Counted from the stretch's first letter, positions 46,831 through 55,457 are shown. The stretch: 57,606 nt of DNA from an uncultured Holophagales bacterium (GCA_964636395.1 CAZWRQ010000002.1:1-57606); one strand, 5' to 3'. Notes: generated from the sequence alone by a model not told the origin. Translations and numbers: made by a program.

Positions 46831-47869
46831 AGAACCGCCGGCCGACACCGAGGAGGAAGACGTCCGTGTCGCGGTGGTACGAGCTCGCCATCCGGTTCCA
46901 GCTGAAGCGCGCGAGGGCGCGCGAGCCGAACCGATAGCTCACGCTCGGCGTGATCAGGCCGGCGATCGTCCTCGAATCACCCTCCGTGTGCAGCGGCTTG
47001 TACTCGTCGGTTGCGAGGTAGACGCCGACGCCGAGCGAGACCGTGAGCCTCCGGTCGAGGAACGCCCGGCCGAGCCAGCCCTGCACGCCGAACCCCGCCC
47101 GACGGACGAGCCGCGAGTCCCCCTCGTGGACGTACGAGACGGAGGCGTCGAAGAAGCGGCCGAACCCCTTCCGGAGCTCCACGGCCCAGGCGAGCGCCTT
47201 CGCGCTCTCGAAGCCGTTGACGACGGTCTGGCCCACGAACACCGTCACCTCGTTTCGGGTCGTCGGCTCGTCCTGACTCGCAGGCCTCGGGCGCGATCCA
47301 GGCGCTTCCGGAGGCGCGAGCTGGTAGCCGAGGCCCGCGAGGACGTTCCAGGCGTCGGTGCTCGACGGAGGCGCCCAGGCGACGTTCGCCTCGGCCCGCA
47401 CGACCCAGCGGTTCCCGAAGTAGTAGGCCGCGTCGGCGCTGAAGAGCCCGGCAACGCCGTGCTCGTTCGCGTAAGGCCGCCAGGGGTGCGAGTCCACCGT
47501 GTCGTAGTACCGCATCGCCCCGGCCCCGACGGCGAGCGAGAGCCGCCCGTCGCGAAGCCTCTCGCGAGCCCAGAGCTGCAACCCGTGACCGTCCCGGTGG
47601 TGCCCCGTGACGTGCCCCTCGTTCAGCCACGAGTACGTGACCTCGAAGTGCTCGCCGAGCCCCTGGCGGTACTCCACCTTCCAGGCGTAGGTGCTCTCGT
47701 CCAGGTCGCGCGCAGTGGAGGCGCCGCCGAAGAGGGTGAGCTCCTGAGCGGCCGCGGGACGCGCGGCGAGGAGCGCGAGGAGGGCGAACGCCGCCCGAAC
47801 GCCGCGGAGGGCGCACGTGCCTCCGCGGCCGACCGCCCCAGTTGTGACGCGCATGAGAGCCCGGATCAT
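46829..47869 (-). CDS. Outer-membrane beta-barrel protein made of two internally duplicated ~150-aa modules
   Basis: It has a signal peptide ending AAAQE and C-terminal ...LLGVGRRF. The two halves align (ELTLFGG..AWKVEYRQGLG..SWLNEGH.. versus EVTVFVG..AWAVELRKGFG..SYVHEGD..). The start is ATG 47869 or 47854. Confidence 0.6.
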   Translation of the reverse strand: MIRALMRVTTGAVGRGGTCALRGVRAAFALLALLAARPAAAQELTLFGGASTARDLDESTYAWKVEYRQGLGEHFEVTYSWLNEGHVTGHHRDGHGLQLWARERLRDGRLSLAVGAGAMRYYDTVDSHPWRPYANEHGVAGLFSADAAYYFGNRWVVRAEANVAWAPPSSTDAWNVLAGLGYQLAPPEAPGSRPRPASQDEPTTRNEVTVFVGQTVVNGFESAKALAWAVELRKGFGRFFDASVSYVHEGDSRLVRRAGFGVQGWLGRAFLDRRLTVSLGVGVYLATDEYKPLHTEGDSRTIAGLITPSVSYRFGSRALARFSWNRMASSYHRDTDVFLLGVGRRF

Positions 47870-47947
47870 GCCACCCGACGCCGGCGCGCCGGCCCCGCGC
47901 CGAAACCGGCGCGCCCTTCGCGGCATCGGATCGGGAAAGGAGACTCG

Positions 47948-48415
47948 ATGATCCGCCGCCTGCTCGCCGCCCGCACGTTCGTCCTCCGCGCCTCATCCTC
48001 CCTCTCCTGGCTCCCGCTCGCCGCCGCGCGTGTCGCGCTCGGAACCGTCTTCGTCCAGTCGGGCTGGGGGAAGCTCCACGACCTGCCGCGCGTCGTCGGC
48101 TACTTCGAGAGCCTCGGCATCCCGGCCCCGCAGCTGCAGGCGCCGTTCGTGGCGGGCGTCGAGATTGCCGGAGGAGCTCTCCTCCTCGCGGGGCTCTTCA
48201 CGCGTGTCGCCTCCGTCCCGCTCGCAGCGACGATGGTCGTCGCGCTCCTCACCGCGAGGCGCGCCGACCTCGGGAGCGCTTCCGACCTCTTCGGCGCAAT
48301 CGAGCTCCTCTACCTCCTCCTCCTCGGGTCGCTCGCGGGGTTCGGGGCGGGCGCGCTCTCGCTCGACGCGCTCCTCGTCCGGCGCTTCGCACCGGACGAG
48401 GAGCCGAAGGGCTAG
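47948..48415 (+). CDS. DoxX family membrane protein
   Basis: It has LAAARVALGTVFVQSGWGKL...FVAGVEIAGGALLLAGLFTR, typical of DoxX. Its 3' end overlaps the convergent DUF2063 gene by 4 nt. Confidence 0.8.
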   Translation: MIRRLLAARTFVLRASSSLSWLPLAAARVALGTVFVQSGWGKLHDLPRVVGYFESLGIPAPQLQAPFVAGVEIAGGALLLAGLFTRVASVPLAATMVVALLTARRADLGSASDLFGAIELLYLLLLGSLAGFGAGALSLDALLVRRFAPDEEPKG

Positions 48416-49266
48416 CTCGCGACGCTCGGGCCGGGGGCGACCCCGGCCCGGGCGAAGGCGCCGAGCGCGCTCCACTCCGCGAGCCAGCCCGCCACGATTT
48501 GCGCCGGAGGGCGCGGGCTCGCCGCACGGGCGAGCGCCTCTCCGAGCGGGAAGCCCGCGACGAGAGCCGCGAGGAGCCGGCCCGGTACCGGGTCTAGGGT
48601 GCGGCGGAGGACGGTGAAGTCCCTCCGGTAGAACGCGACGTGGACGATGCCTCGCCCGGCGGAGGTGGGGGCCGGAGAGTCCTCGAGGACCGCGTCGAGG
48701 GCCGCGACCGCTCCCGGCCGTACGGTGAGGATCGCGAACGCGGGCGCGGCGACGAGGCGGAGCGATTCCCCCTCCGACTCGAGCGCCTCCGCCAGCGCGG
48801 GGGCGCCGAGGAGAGCGACGTCCGCGGCGTCGAAGACGGCCGCCGCGGCTTTCTCGAGGCGGGCGACGTCCTCGCGAAGGCCCCGTCCGCGCATCGGCCC
48901 CCACGCGGCGACGAACGACGGAAGCCGGTCGCCGAGCCGGGCGAGCGTGAAGCTCGTGGAGGGGTGCGCCGCGACGTACTCCCGAACGAACGCGCCGAAC
49001 CTCTTCTCGCCGAGAAGCTTCGCGAGGGCCGGGTAGTCGGAGCGGAGAGCCTCGACCGTCCGGAGGGGATACATCGACGCGTAGATCCCGAGGCGCTCGA
49101 CGGGAGAGAGCGCTCCGTGCGCGCGGACGACGGCGCCGAGCCGAGACGGCGGGAGGAGCTGCCGCGCGGAGGGCGAACGGAGGCCCGCGTCGACGCCGCC
49201 GGGGTGGACGATCACCGTCTGCATCCACGCCTGGAAGCGCGCGAGGGGGAGGCCGGCCGCCGTCAC
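48412..49266 (-). CDS. DUF2063-family protein (BufC/HvfC/MbnC-like partner of MNIO enzymes)
   Basis: GTG 49266 overlaps the DUF692 stop (GTGA). The N-terminal region FQAWMQTVIVHPGG...LGIYASMYPLRTVEAL...FGAFVREYVAAHPS is typical of DUF2063. Confidence 0.75.
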   Translation of the reverse strand: MTAAGLPLARFQAWMQTVIVHPGGVDAGLRSPSARQLLPPSRLGAVVRAHGALSPVERLGIYASMYPLRTVEALRSDYPALAKLLGEKRFGAFVREYVAAHPSTSFTLARLGDRLPSFVAAWGPMRGRGLREDVARLEKAAAAVFDAADVALLGAPALAEALESEGESLRLVAAPAFAILTVRPGAVAALDAVLEDSPAPTSAGRGIVHVAFYRRDFTVLRRTLDPVPGRLLAALVAGFPLGEALARAASPRPPAQIVAGWLAEWSALGAFARAGVAPGPSVAS

Positions 49267-50129
49267 GCCGCCTCCCGCGCGCGACGCCCGTCGCGATCGC
49301 CGAGGGCGACCTCGGCCACGGATCGCGCCTTCCGCGCCTCGGCGAGGACGACGTCGAGCGCCGGGATCTCCTCGTCCCACTCGACGAGCGTCGTCACGGG
49401 GCCCGTGCGGCGGACGAGCCGCGCGTAGAGGGTCCAGACCTCGTCCCTCACGTGGTCGGAGTGCGTGTCGAGGAGGTGCGTCCCGAGGTCGGTGTGCCCC
49501 GCGAGGTGGACCTGGACGACCCGGTCGGCCGGGATCTCGTCGATCCACGCCTCGGCGTCCTGGCCGTGGTTGAAGGAGGAGACGAAGACGTTGTTCACGT
49601 CGACGAGGAGTCCGCAGCCGGAGAGGTCGGCGAGGCGGCCGAGGAACTCGGCTTCTCCCATCGTGGAGGCGGCGAGCTCGAGGTAGGTGGAGGGGTTCTC
49701 GAGGTGGACCGGCCTCTCGAGGACCTCCTGCACGACGCGGAGGCGCGCGGCGACGTGCGCGAGCGTCTCCTCGTTCCGCGGGAGCGGCAGGAGGTCGTGC
49801 GTGTTCCGGCCGGCGACGCCCGTGAAGCAGAGGTGGTCGGTCACCCAGCGCGCGTCGACGCGCCGGGCGAGCTTCTTCACCGCCCGGAGGTACTCGAGGT
49901 CGAGCGGGTCGACGCTCCCGACGTTCAGCGAGACGCCGTGCAGGACGATGGGCGTCCTCTCCGCGAGCTGCTCGAGGACGTGGAGGGGCCGCCCTCCGGT
50001 GTCGAGGAAGTTCTCGGTGATCGCCTCGAGGAAGTCGGCCGTGCCCGGCCGTTCGAGGTGGTCGGCGAAGTGGACCGTCCGGAGGCCCACGCCGTAGCCG
50101 AGCATCGGCAGGCCGAATCGGTTTCGCAT
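49263..50129 (-). CDS. DUF692 / MNIO (multinuclear non-haem iron oxidase, MbnB/BufB-like) RiPP maturase
   Basis: ATG 50129 has GGAGG upstream. It has [71 protein letters not shown] and [10 protein letters not shown]. Confidence 0.85.
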   Translation of the reverse strand: MRNRFGLPMLGYGVGLRTVHFADHLERPGTADFLEAITENFLDTGGRPLHVLEQLAERTPIVLHGVSLNVGSVDPLDLEYLRAVKKLARRVDARWVTDHLCFTGVAGRNTHDLLPLPRNEETLAHVAARLRVVQEVLERPVHLENPSTYLELAASTMGEAEFLGRLADLSGCGLLVDVNNVFVSSFNHGQDAEAWIDEIPADRVVQVHLAGHTDLGTHLLDTHSDHVRDEVWTLYARLVRRTGPVTTLVEWDEEIPALDVVLAEARKARSVAEVALGDRDGRRAREAA

Positions 50130-50188
50130 GTCGTCCTCCGGTCGGGCGGGGCGGCCCCTCGGCGCGGGGCCGCCCTCGCGCGGTCCGA

Positions 50189-50575
50189 TCAGGCCGGCTT
50201 CGCCGTCGGCTGCGCCGCAGCCTTGCCGTCCGTGCGGCATCCGCCCATTCCCTTGCAGGCGTTGTGGCCGCGACAGGCGTTCTTCTCCGTCTTGCAGCCC
50301 CCCTTCCCCTTGCACGCGTTCTGACCCTTGCAGGCGTGCTTGTCGGTCGCCTCGGGACCGGCCTTCTTGTCCCCCTTCTCGTCTCCCGCCTTCTTGCCCC
50401 CGCAGCCGTTCGGGCCGCCGCAGGCGTTCTTGTCCTTCTGCGTCGCGGCCGGCGTCCCCGAAGGGGCGGGCGTCTTCTCGTCGGCGCGGAGCGAGCCCGC
50501 CGCGAGAGCGGAGCTCGCGACGAGGCCGGCCACGAGGGCGGACAGGTAGACGTTGGACGGACGGTTCCTCTTCAT
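50189..50575 (-). CDS. Secreted Cys-rich Lys/Gly-rich precursor peptide (bufferin-like RiPP precursor candidate)
   Basis: It has AGAGGAG upstream and a Sec signal peptide ([19 protein letters not shown]). Eight Cys lie in repeated motifs: [45 protein letters not shown]. It lies immediately upstream of the DUF692 and DUF2063 genes. Confidence 0.75.
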   Translation of the reverse strand: MKRNRPSNVYLSALVAGLVASSALAAGSLRADEKTPAPSGTPAATQKDKNACGGPNGCGGKKAGDEKGDKKAGPEATDKHACKGQNACKGKGGCKTEKNACRGHNACKGMGGCRTDGKAAAQPTAKPA

Positions 50576-50692
50576 GGTGTCTCCTCTTTCGACAGGCCTC
50601 GCCTGCCACGTTCGTTTCGGCCGGCCACGCTGGCCGGTCCGCGGGTTTCAGCACTCGGGATGCCGGCGCGGCGAAAAGGTTTCAGCCGAGGA

Positions 50693-50727
50693 AACGGATC
50701 GCCCGATGGACTTCCGGGCGATCCGTT
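50693..50727. promoter_or_regulatory. Perfect 13-bp inverted repeat AACGGATCGCCCG-N9-CGGGCGATCCGTT in the divergent precursor/msrBA intergenic region
   Basis: Read directly from the sequence. The region is flanked by three copies of GAAACC (two on the minus strand as GGTTTCAGC at 50644-50652 and 50678-50686, one on the plus strand at 50731-50736). Confidence 0.4.
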
Positions 50728-50773
50728 CGCGAAACCGGAGCGGACCTGCGAGCATCAAGGGAGCGTGACGACG

Positions 50774-51895
50774 ATGCTCGCAACCCCTGCCCCCCGCCCT
50801 CCCCGGCCGGTCCCGCATCGCACGAGGCCTCGCGCCGCGCGCCTCCTCGCCGGCCTCGCCTTCGCGGCCGGCTTCGCCGCCTGCGGCCCGTCGAGCTCGC
50901 TCGCGGGGCCTCCGGCCGGCGAGCAGACGAAACCCGAGAAGGTGGAGAAGATGAAGCACGTCCTCTCGAAGTCCGGCTACGACGTCACGCCCCGTTCGCG
51001 CGAGGAAGTCGCCGTCCTCGCGAAGAGGCTCTCCCCGGAGTCGTACCGCGTGACGCAGAAGGCCGGGACGGAAGCCCCGTTCTGCGGGAACCTCCTCGAC
51101 AACAAGAAGGAGGGGACATACCTCTGCGTCGTCTGCGGCCTCCCGCTCTTCTCGAGCGAGCACAAGTTCGACTCGGGGACCGGCTGGCCGAGCTTCTTCC
51201 GGGAGGTCGACCCCGCTCACGTGGCGCGGACCGTGGACCGCTCGCTCGGCATGGAGCGGGTCGAGATCGACTGCGCCCGCTGCGGCGCCCACCTCGGGCA
51301 CGTGTTCGAGGACGGACCGGCCCCGACGGGCGAGCGCCACTGCCTGAACTCCGCCTCGCTCACGTTCCTCGAGAAGGGGGCGCCGGTCCCGCCGGAGAGC
51401 CGCCCCGTAAAGACCGAGACCGCCTACTTCGCGGCCGGCTGCTTCTGGGGCGTCCAGCACTGGTTCTCGCGCGGGCCGGGTGTCCTCGAGGCGACGAGCG
51501 GCTACATGCAGGGACGGACGGAGAAGCCGACCTACCGGCAGGTCTGCGACGGGGACACCGGGCACGCCGAGACGGTGAAGGTCGTCTACGACGCGAACCG
51601 GATCTCCTACCGCAGGCTCGTCGAGGCGTTCTTCGCCATGCACGACCCGACGCAGCTGAACCGCCAGGGACCCGATGTCGGCGACCAGTACCGCTCGGGG
51701 ATCTGGACCGTCGACGCCGGGCAGGAGAAGGTGGCGCGGGAGGTCCTCGCGGAGCGGGCCGCACAGAAGGCGTACGGCGCGAGGAAGATCGTGACGGTCG
51801 TCGAGCCGGCGAAGACGTTCTGGCCCGCCGAGGAGTACCACCAGGAGTACCTCGCGAAGAACGGCGCCGCCTGCCACGTGACGAACCCGTGGTGA
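50774..51895 (+). CDS. msrBA: Bifunctional peptide methionine sulfoxide reductase MsrB-MsrA, lipoprotein/secreted
   Basis: It has a lipobox-like AAGFAAC. The MsrB part has [21 protein letters not shown] and RHCLNS. The MsrA part has AGCFWGVQ and [19 protein letters not shown]. In-frame GTG 50765 is an alternative start. Confidence 0.9.
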   Translation: MLATPAPRPPRPVPHRTRPRAARLLAGLAFAAGFAACGPSSSLAGPPAGEQTKPEKVEKMKHVLSKSGYDVTPRSREEVAVLAKRLSPESYRVTQKAGTEAPFCGNLLDNKKEGTYLCVVCGLPLFSSEHKFDSGTGWPSFFREVDPAHVARTVDRSLGMERVEIDCARCGAHLGHVFEDGPAPTGERHCLNSASLTFLEKGAPVPPESRPVKTETAYFAAGCFWGVQHWFSRGPGVLEATSGYMQGRTEKPTYRQVCDGDTGHAETVKVVYDANRISYRRLVEAFFAMHDPTQLNRQGPDVGDQYRSGIWTVDAGQEKVAREVLAERAAQKAYGARKIVTVVEPAKTFWPAEEYHQEYLAKNGAACHVTNPW

Positions 51896-51972
51896 TCGGC
51901 GAGTGAGCGGAGCGTGACCGCGGGCGAGCCGCGATTTCCCCGGAGTCGGTCCGGGCGGCTACGATCCGCGCG

Positions 51973-52530
51973 TTGTCCGAGATCGAGGCGCGGGAGAGGC
52001 TGGCGAAGCTGATGGTGGCGTACCAGGGCGGTGACGAGTCCGCGTTCGAGAGTCTCTACGGCGAGCTCGCGGGCCCCGTGAGGGCGTTCCTCGCATCGCT
52101 CACGCGGAACGCGGCCCGAGCGGACGACCTCCTCCAGGAGACGTTCTTCAACGTCCACCGCGCACGGCTGACGTACGACCCGACGCGCTCCGCGAAGGCG
52201 TGGGTCTACGCCATCGCGCACAACGTCTTCCTGATGGCCTGCCGCACGGACCGGAGGCGCGGCCGGAACGAGGAGCTCCCCGCGGACGAGCTGCCCGACC
52301 TCCCCGTCCCGGCCGAGGCCGAGTCGCTCGCCTCGAGGGACCTCGTCTCGCGCGCCCTCGCGACGCTCCCCGTCGACCGCCGCGAGGCGCTCCTCCTCCA
52401 CCACGTCGAAGGGCTCTCGTTCCAGGAGGTGGGGGCCGTCCTCGGCGTCACGACGATGGCCGCGAAGCTCCGCTCGCACCGCGCCATGGGTCAGCTCCGG
52501 GAGCTCCTCGCCCGCGAGGGGGCGCGATGA
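51973..52530 (+). CDS. ECF-type RNA polymerase sigma factor (SigF-like group)
   Basis: Region 2 (LLQETFFNVHRARLTYDP...AWVYAIAHN) and region 4 (LLLHHVEGLSFQEVGAVLGVTTMAAKLRSHRA) are present. The TTG start is from the ORF track. Confidence 0.85.
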   Translation: MSEIEARERLAKLMVAYQGGDESAFESLYGELAGPVRAFLASLTRNAARADDLLQETFFNVHRARLTYDPTRSAKAWVYAIAHNVFLMACRTDRRRGRNEELPADELPDLPVPAEAESLASRDLVSRALATLPVDRREALLLHHVEGLSFQEVGAVLGVTTMAAKLRSHRAMGQLRELLAREGAR

Positions 52531-53240
52531 GCGGCACACCGCTCCCGCCCGCGCTTCGCGCCGCCGTCGAGAGAGACCTTCGGCCGGTCCGCCCGCTCGC
52601 CTCGCCGGCGCGGCGCGCCCTCGTCCTCCTCGCCTGGGCCGCCGTCGCCGCGGCCCTCGTCCTCGCCCTCCGGGGCCTCCGCTCCGACGCCTCAGAGCTG
52701 GGCGTCCTCCTGACGTGGGGCGTCGTCCTCGCCGAGGTCGCCGCAGGCGCCGGGCTCGTCGCGCTCGCGCTCGCCGAGGCGGTTCCCGCGCGGGGACCGG
52801 GGCGCGGCGCCGCGCTCCTCGCCCTCGGCGGTGCCGCGGCCCTCTTCGTCGCCCTCGCCGTCGCGGCCCGCCGCGCGAGCCACGGGATGGAGGTCGACGA
52901 CCCGCTCCTGAGGTTCGGCCCCTCCTGCGCCGGCCTTCAGGGCTTCATCGGCCTGACGGCCTTCGCCGTCGCCGCCCTCCTCGTCCTTCGGGCCGCGCCG
53001 CTCCGCGCCCGGCTCGCGGGGCTCCTCGCCGGCGCCGGGACCGGCTTCCTCGCCGAGGGGGTCTACCACCTCGACTGCCCCATCACGCACCTTTCTCACG
53101 TCCTCGTCTGGCACGGCTCCGCCATACTCCTCCTCGCGCTCTTCGGGCTCGGCTTCGGCCTCGTCCTCGAGGCGAGGGAGCGGGCTCGAATGGAACGACG
53201 GCGCGCCGACACGGCCGCGCGGAAAGGAGGCGAGGGTTGA
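52527..53240 (+). CDS. NrsF-like (DUF1109) membrane anti-sigma factor
   Basis: ATG 52527 overlaps the sigma stop (ATGA). It has about 6 TM helices and two Cys 50 residues apart (Cys134, Cys184). From memory, that matches the spacing reported for Caulobacter NrsF. Confidence 0.7.
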   Translation: MSGTPLPPALRAAVERDLRPVRPLASPARRALVLLAWAAVAAALVLALRGLRSDASELGVLLTWGVVLAEVAAGAGLVALALAEAVPARGPGRGAALLALGGAAALFVALAVAARRASHGMEVDDPLLRFGPSCAGLQGFIGLTAFAVAALLVLRAAPLRARLAGLLAGAGTGFLAEGVYHLDCPITHLSHVLVWHGSAILLLALFGLGFGLVLEARERARMERRRADTAARKGGEG

Positions 53241-54286
53241 GCGACGAGGTCTTCCGGAAGCTCACGAGCCTCTCTTCCTGCGCGGGGTGAGCGTCGAAGC
53301 TGCCCCCCGGGCAGACCGCGCAGGTCCTGCGCGTCCTCGGTGACCTCTTCCCCGCGGCCTCCCGCCCCGACGTCCTCGTCGGGCTCGCCGAGCCGGACGA
53401 CGCCGCGGTCCTCGACCTCGGGGACGGGCGGGCGCTCATCCTGACGACCGACTTCTTCACGCCGGTCGTGGACGAGCCGTACGACTTCGGCGCCATCGCG
53501 GCCGCGAACGCGATGAGCGACGTCTGGGCGATGGGGGGCGAGCCCGTCCTCGCTCTGAACCTCGTCGCCTTCCCGCCGCAGCTCTCGGCCGCGACGCTCG
53601 CCGAGCTGCTCCGAGGGGGCGCCGAGGCCGTCCGCGCCGCAGGGGCCGTGATCGCCGGAGGGCACTCCATCCAGGACAAGGAGCCGAAGTACGGGCTCTG
53701 CGTCGTCGGCTTCGGCGAGACCGGCCGTCTCCTGACGAAGGGGGGCGCGCGGCCGGGTGACGGGCTCTGGCTGACGAAGCCGCTCGGGACGGGGACGGTC
53801 ACGACGGCCCTCAAGCGCGGCCTCGCTTCGGAGGGCGAGGTCGCCGCGGCGGTCGCCTCGATGAAGGCGCTGAACCGGGGCGCGGCGCGCGCCGCGTGGG
53901 CGGCGGGAGCGAAGGCCGCGACCGACGTCACCGGCTTCGGCCTCCTGGGGCACGCGCTCGAGATGGCCGAGGCGTCGGGCGTCCGCTTCCGCTTCGAGTG
54001 GGACGCGCTCCCCTTCCTTCCCGGGGCGGCGCGCCTCGCGGCCGACATGGTCTTCCCCGGCGGCGCCTTCGGGAACCTCGAGCACTTCGGATCGCGCCTG
54101 GCGCGCTCGCGCCCCCTGACCGACGCCGAGGCGATGCTCCTCGCCGACCCGCAGACCTCGGGCGGCCTCCTCGTCGCGGTGCCGGCGGGAGGAGAGGAGC
54201 CGTTTCGCGCTTCGATCGGGCGCGAGGGCGGTCCGGCGTGGCGGGTCGGCGAGGTCGTCGAAGGCGACGGGCTCGAGGTGTCCTGA
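53237..54286 (+). CDS. selD: Selenide, water dikinase (selenophosphate synthetase) SelD, with in-frame UGA (selenocysteine) at 53288-53290
   Basis: TTG 53237 overlaps the anti-sigma stop (TTGA). FRKLTSLSSCAG-U-ASKLPPG aligns with E. coli SelD IRLTQYSHGAG-C-GCKISP. The same frame continues into DDAAVLDL and TTDFFTPVVDEPYDFGAIAAANAMSDVWAMGG. The ORF track only reports 53468-54286. Confidence 0.85.
53300..53333 (+). promoter_or_regulatory. SECIS-like stem-loops downstream of the selD UGA
   Basis: CTGCCC-CCC-GGGCAG lies at 53300-53314. CGCGCAG-GUC-CUGCGCG lies at 53317-53333 (7-bp stem, G-first loop). The second resembles the GCAGGUCUGC apex of the E. coli fdhF SECIS. Confidence 0.55.
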
Positions 54287-54299
54287 GCGAACGTCTCAG

Positions 54300-54330
54300 A
54301 ACCGTTTCGTCGTCTCACGAAATAGCGGTT
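54300..54330 (+). terminator. AT-richer interrupted hairpin 14 nt after the selD stop (possible terminator or regulatory RNA structure)
   Basis: AACCG-TTTCG-(tcgtctca)-CGAAA-(tag)-CGGTT. There is no clear U-tract. Confidence 0.3.
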
Positions 54331-54562
54331 GACTTCGGTCCGGATTGCCCTCACCCTTCCGGGCCGTGGTTCGCGCCTCGATCGCCTGGCCCCGCCGGCC
54401 GTACTTCCGGAAGAAGGGCTGAGCCCGCGTCAGCTGCTCCGGCGGAGCGGCTCCGGCGAGGGCGGTCAGGATCGTCCGAGGTCCTCCGGGGCGCTGAGCC
54501 CCACCCCGCCGGAATCCCCATCAATCCAGCATCCGATCCTGCTCCCCGAGGAGGGGGCATCC

Positions 54563-55447
54563 ATGAGAGTTGGAGCGATCGTGTCGACGCTCCTCGCGCT
54601 CCTGTGGGCAGCGCCCGCCGTCACCGCGGAAGCGGTCGACTGCGCCGCCTGCCACGAGGAGATCGCGAAGGCGACGACGAACCAGGTCCACATGCGGATC
54701 GCACCGTTCGAGGTGAAGGGGCACGCCGTGGGCTGCGAGGGATGCCACGGGAACGGGCAGGTCCACGCCGAGAGCGGTGACAAGGCGCAGATCCGCGTCC
54801 TCGGCGAGGACAAGGCCTCCGACAAGGCCTGCCTCGAATGCCACCGGTTGAAGGGCTTCCCGGCCTGGCACGCCTCGACCCACGCGGCCGAGGACCTTCA
54901 CTGCACGAGCTGCCACACGATCCACAAGGAAAGCCGGCCCCTCGAGACGTGCGCGAAGTGCCACGCCGCAGAGCGGGCCCAGTTCGAGCTCCCCTCGCAC
55001 CACCCTCTCCGCGAGGGGAAGATGACGTGCGCGAGCTGCCACGACCCGCACGCGGCGACCGAGGCGCAGCTGAAGACGAAGCAGCGGCAGAACGACCTCT
55101 GCACGAAGTGCCACCAGGCGCAGGAAGGCCCGTTCGTCTTCGAGCACGCCCCCGTCCAGGAGAGCTGCGCCACGTGCCACGTCCCGCACGGCTCGGTGGC
55201 CGGCCGGCTCCTGACCGCGAACGAGCCGATGCTCTGCCTCCAGTGCCACGAGCTCCATTTCCACACGAGCTACGAGGCGACGGACGGCGTCCAGATGCTC
55301 GGCGGCATTCCCCGGCAGAGCCCGAACGGCCCCCAGGGAATGAACATGGCGTTCGCGACGAAATGCACGCAGTGCCACCCGAAGGTCCACGGCTCCGACC
55401 TCCCCTCGCAGGGGATCTCGAGCGGCGGGCGTTCGCTGACGAGGTAG
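54563..55447 (+). CDS. Periplasmic decahaem cytochrome c, MtrA/DmsE/PioA/MtoA family
   Basis: ATG 54563 has GAGGAGGGGG upstream, followed by a signal peptide. Ten CxxCH sites are present (CAACH, CEGCH, CLECH, CTSCH, CAKCH, CASCH, CTKCH, CATCH, CLQCH, CTQCH) in 294 aa. It lies immediately upstream of an MtrB-like barrel. Confidence 0.85.
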   Translation: MRVGAIVSTLLALLWAAPAVTAEAVDCAACHEEIAKATTNQVHMRIAPFEVKGHAVGCEGCHGNGQVHAESGDKAQIRVLGEDKASDKACLECHRLKGFPAWHASTHAAEDLHCTSCHTIHKESRPLETCAKCHAAERAQFELPSHHPLREGKMTCASCHDPHAATEAQLKTKQRQNDLCTKCHQAQEGPFVFEHAPVQESCATCHVPHGSVAGRLLTANEPMLCLQCHELHFHTSYEATDGVQMLGGIPRQSPNGPQGMNMAFATKCTQCHPKVHGSDLPSQGISSGGRSLTR

Positions 55448-55457
55448 GAGAGGAGAG

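Noticed and set aside
51896-51972. GTGACC (resembling the SigF-type -35 GTAACC) upstream of the ECF sigma gene, as an autoregulatory promoter.
   Set aside because: No CGAA-like -10 lies at the expected 16-nt spacing, so it cannot be supported from sequence alone.
54287-54562. Searched the 276-nt gap downstream of selD for tRNA-Sec (selC) or another ncRNA.
   Set aside because: - No U-UCA-A anticodon-loop context occurs on either strand, and there is no GGTTCGA-type T-arm with a matching stem.
- The 9-nt direct repeat GCTGAGCCC (54418-54426 and 54493-54501) and the small GC palindromes are within chance expectation for this GC content.
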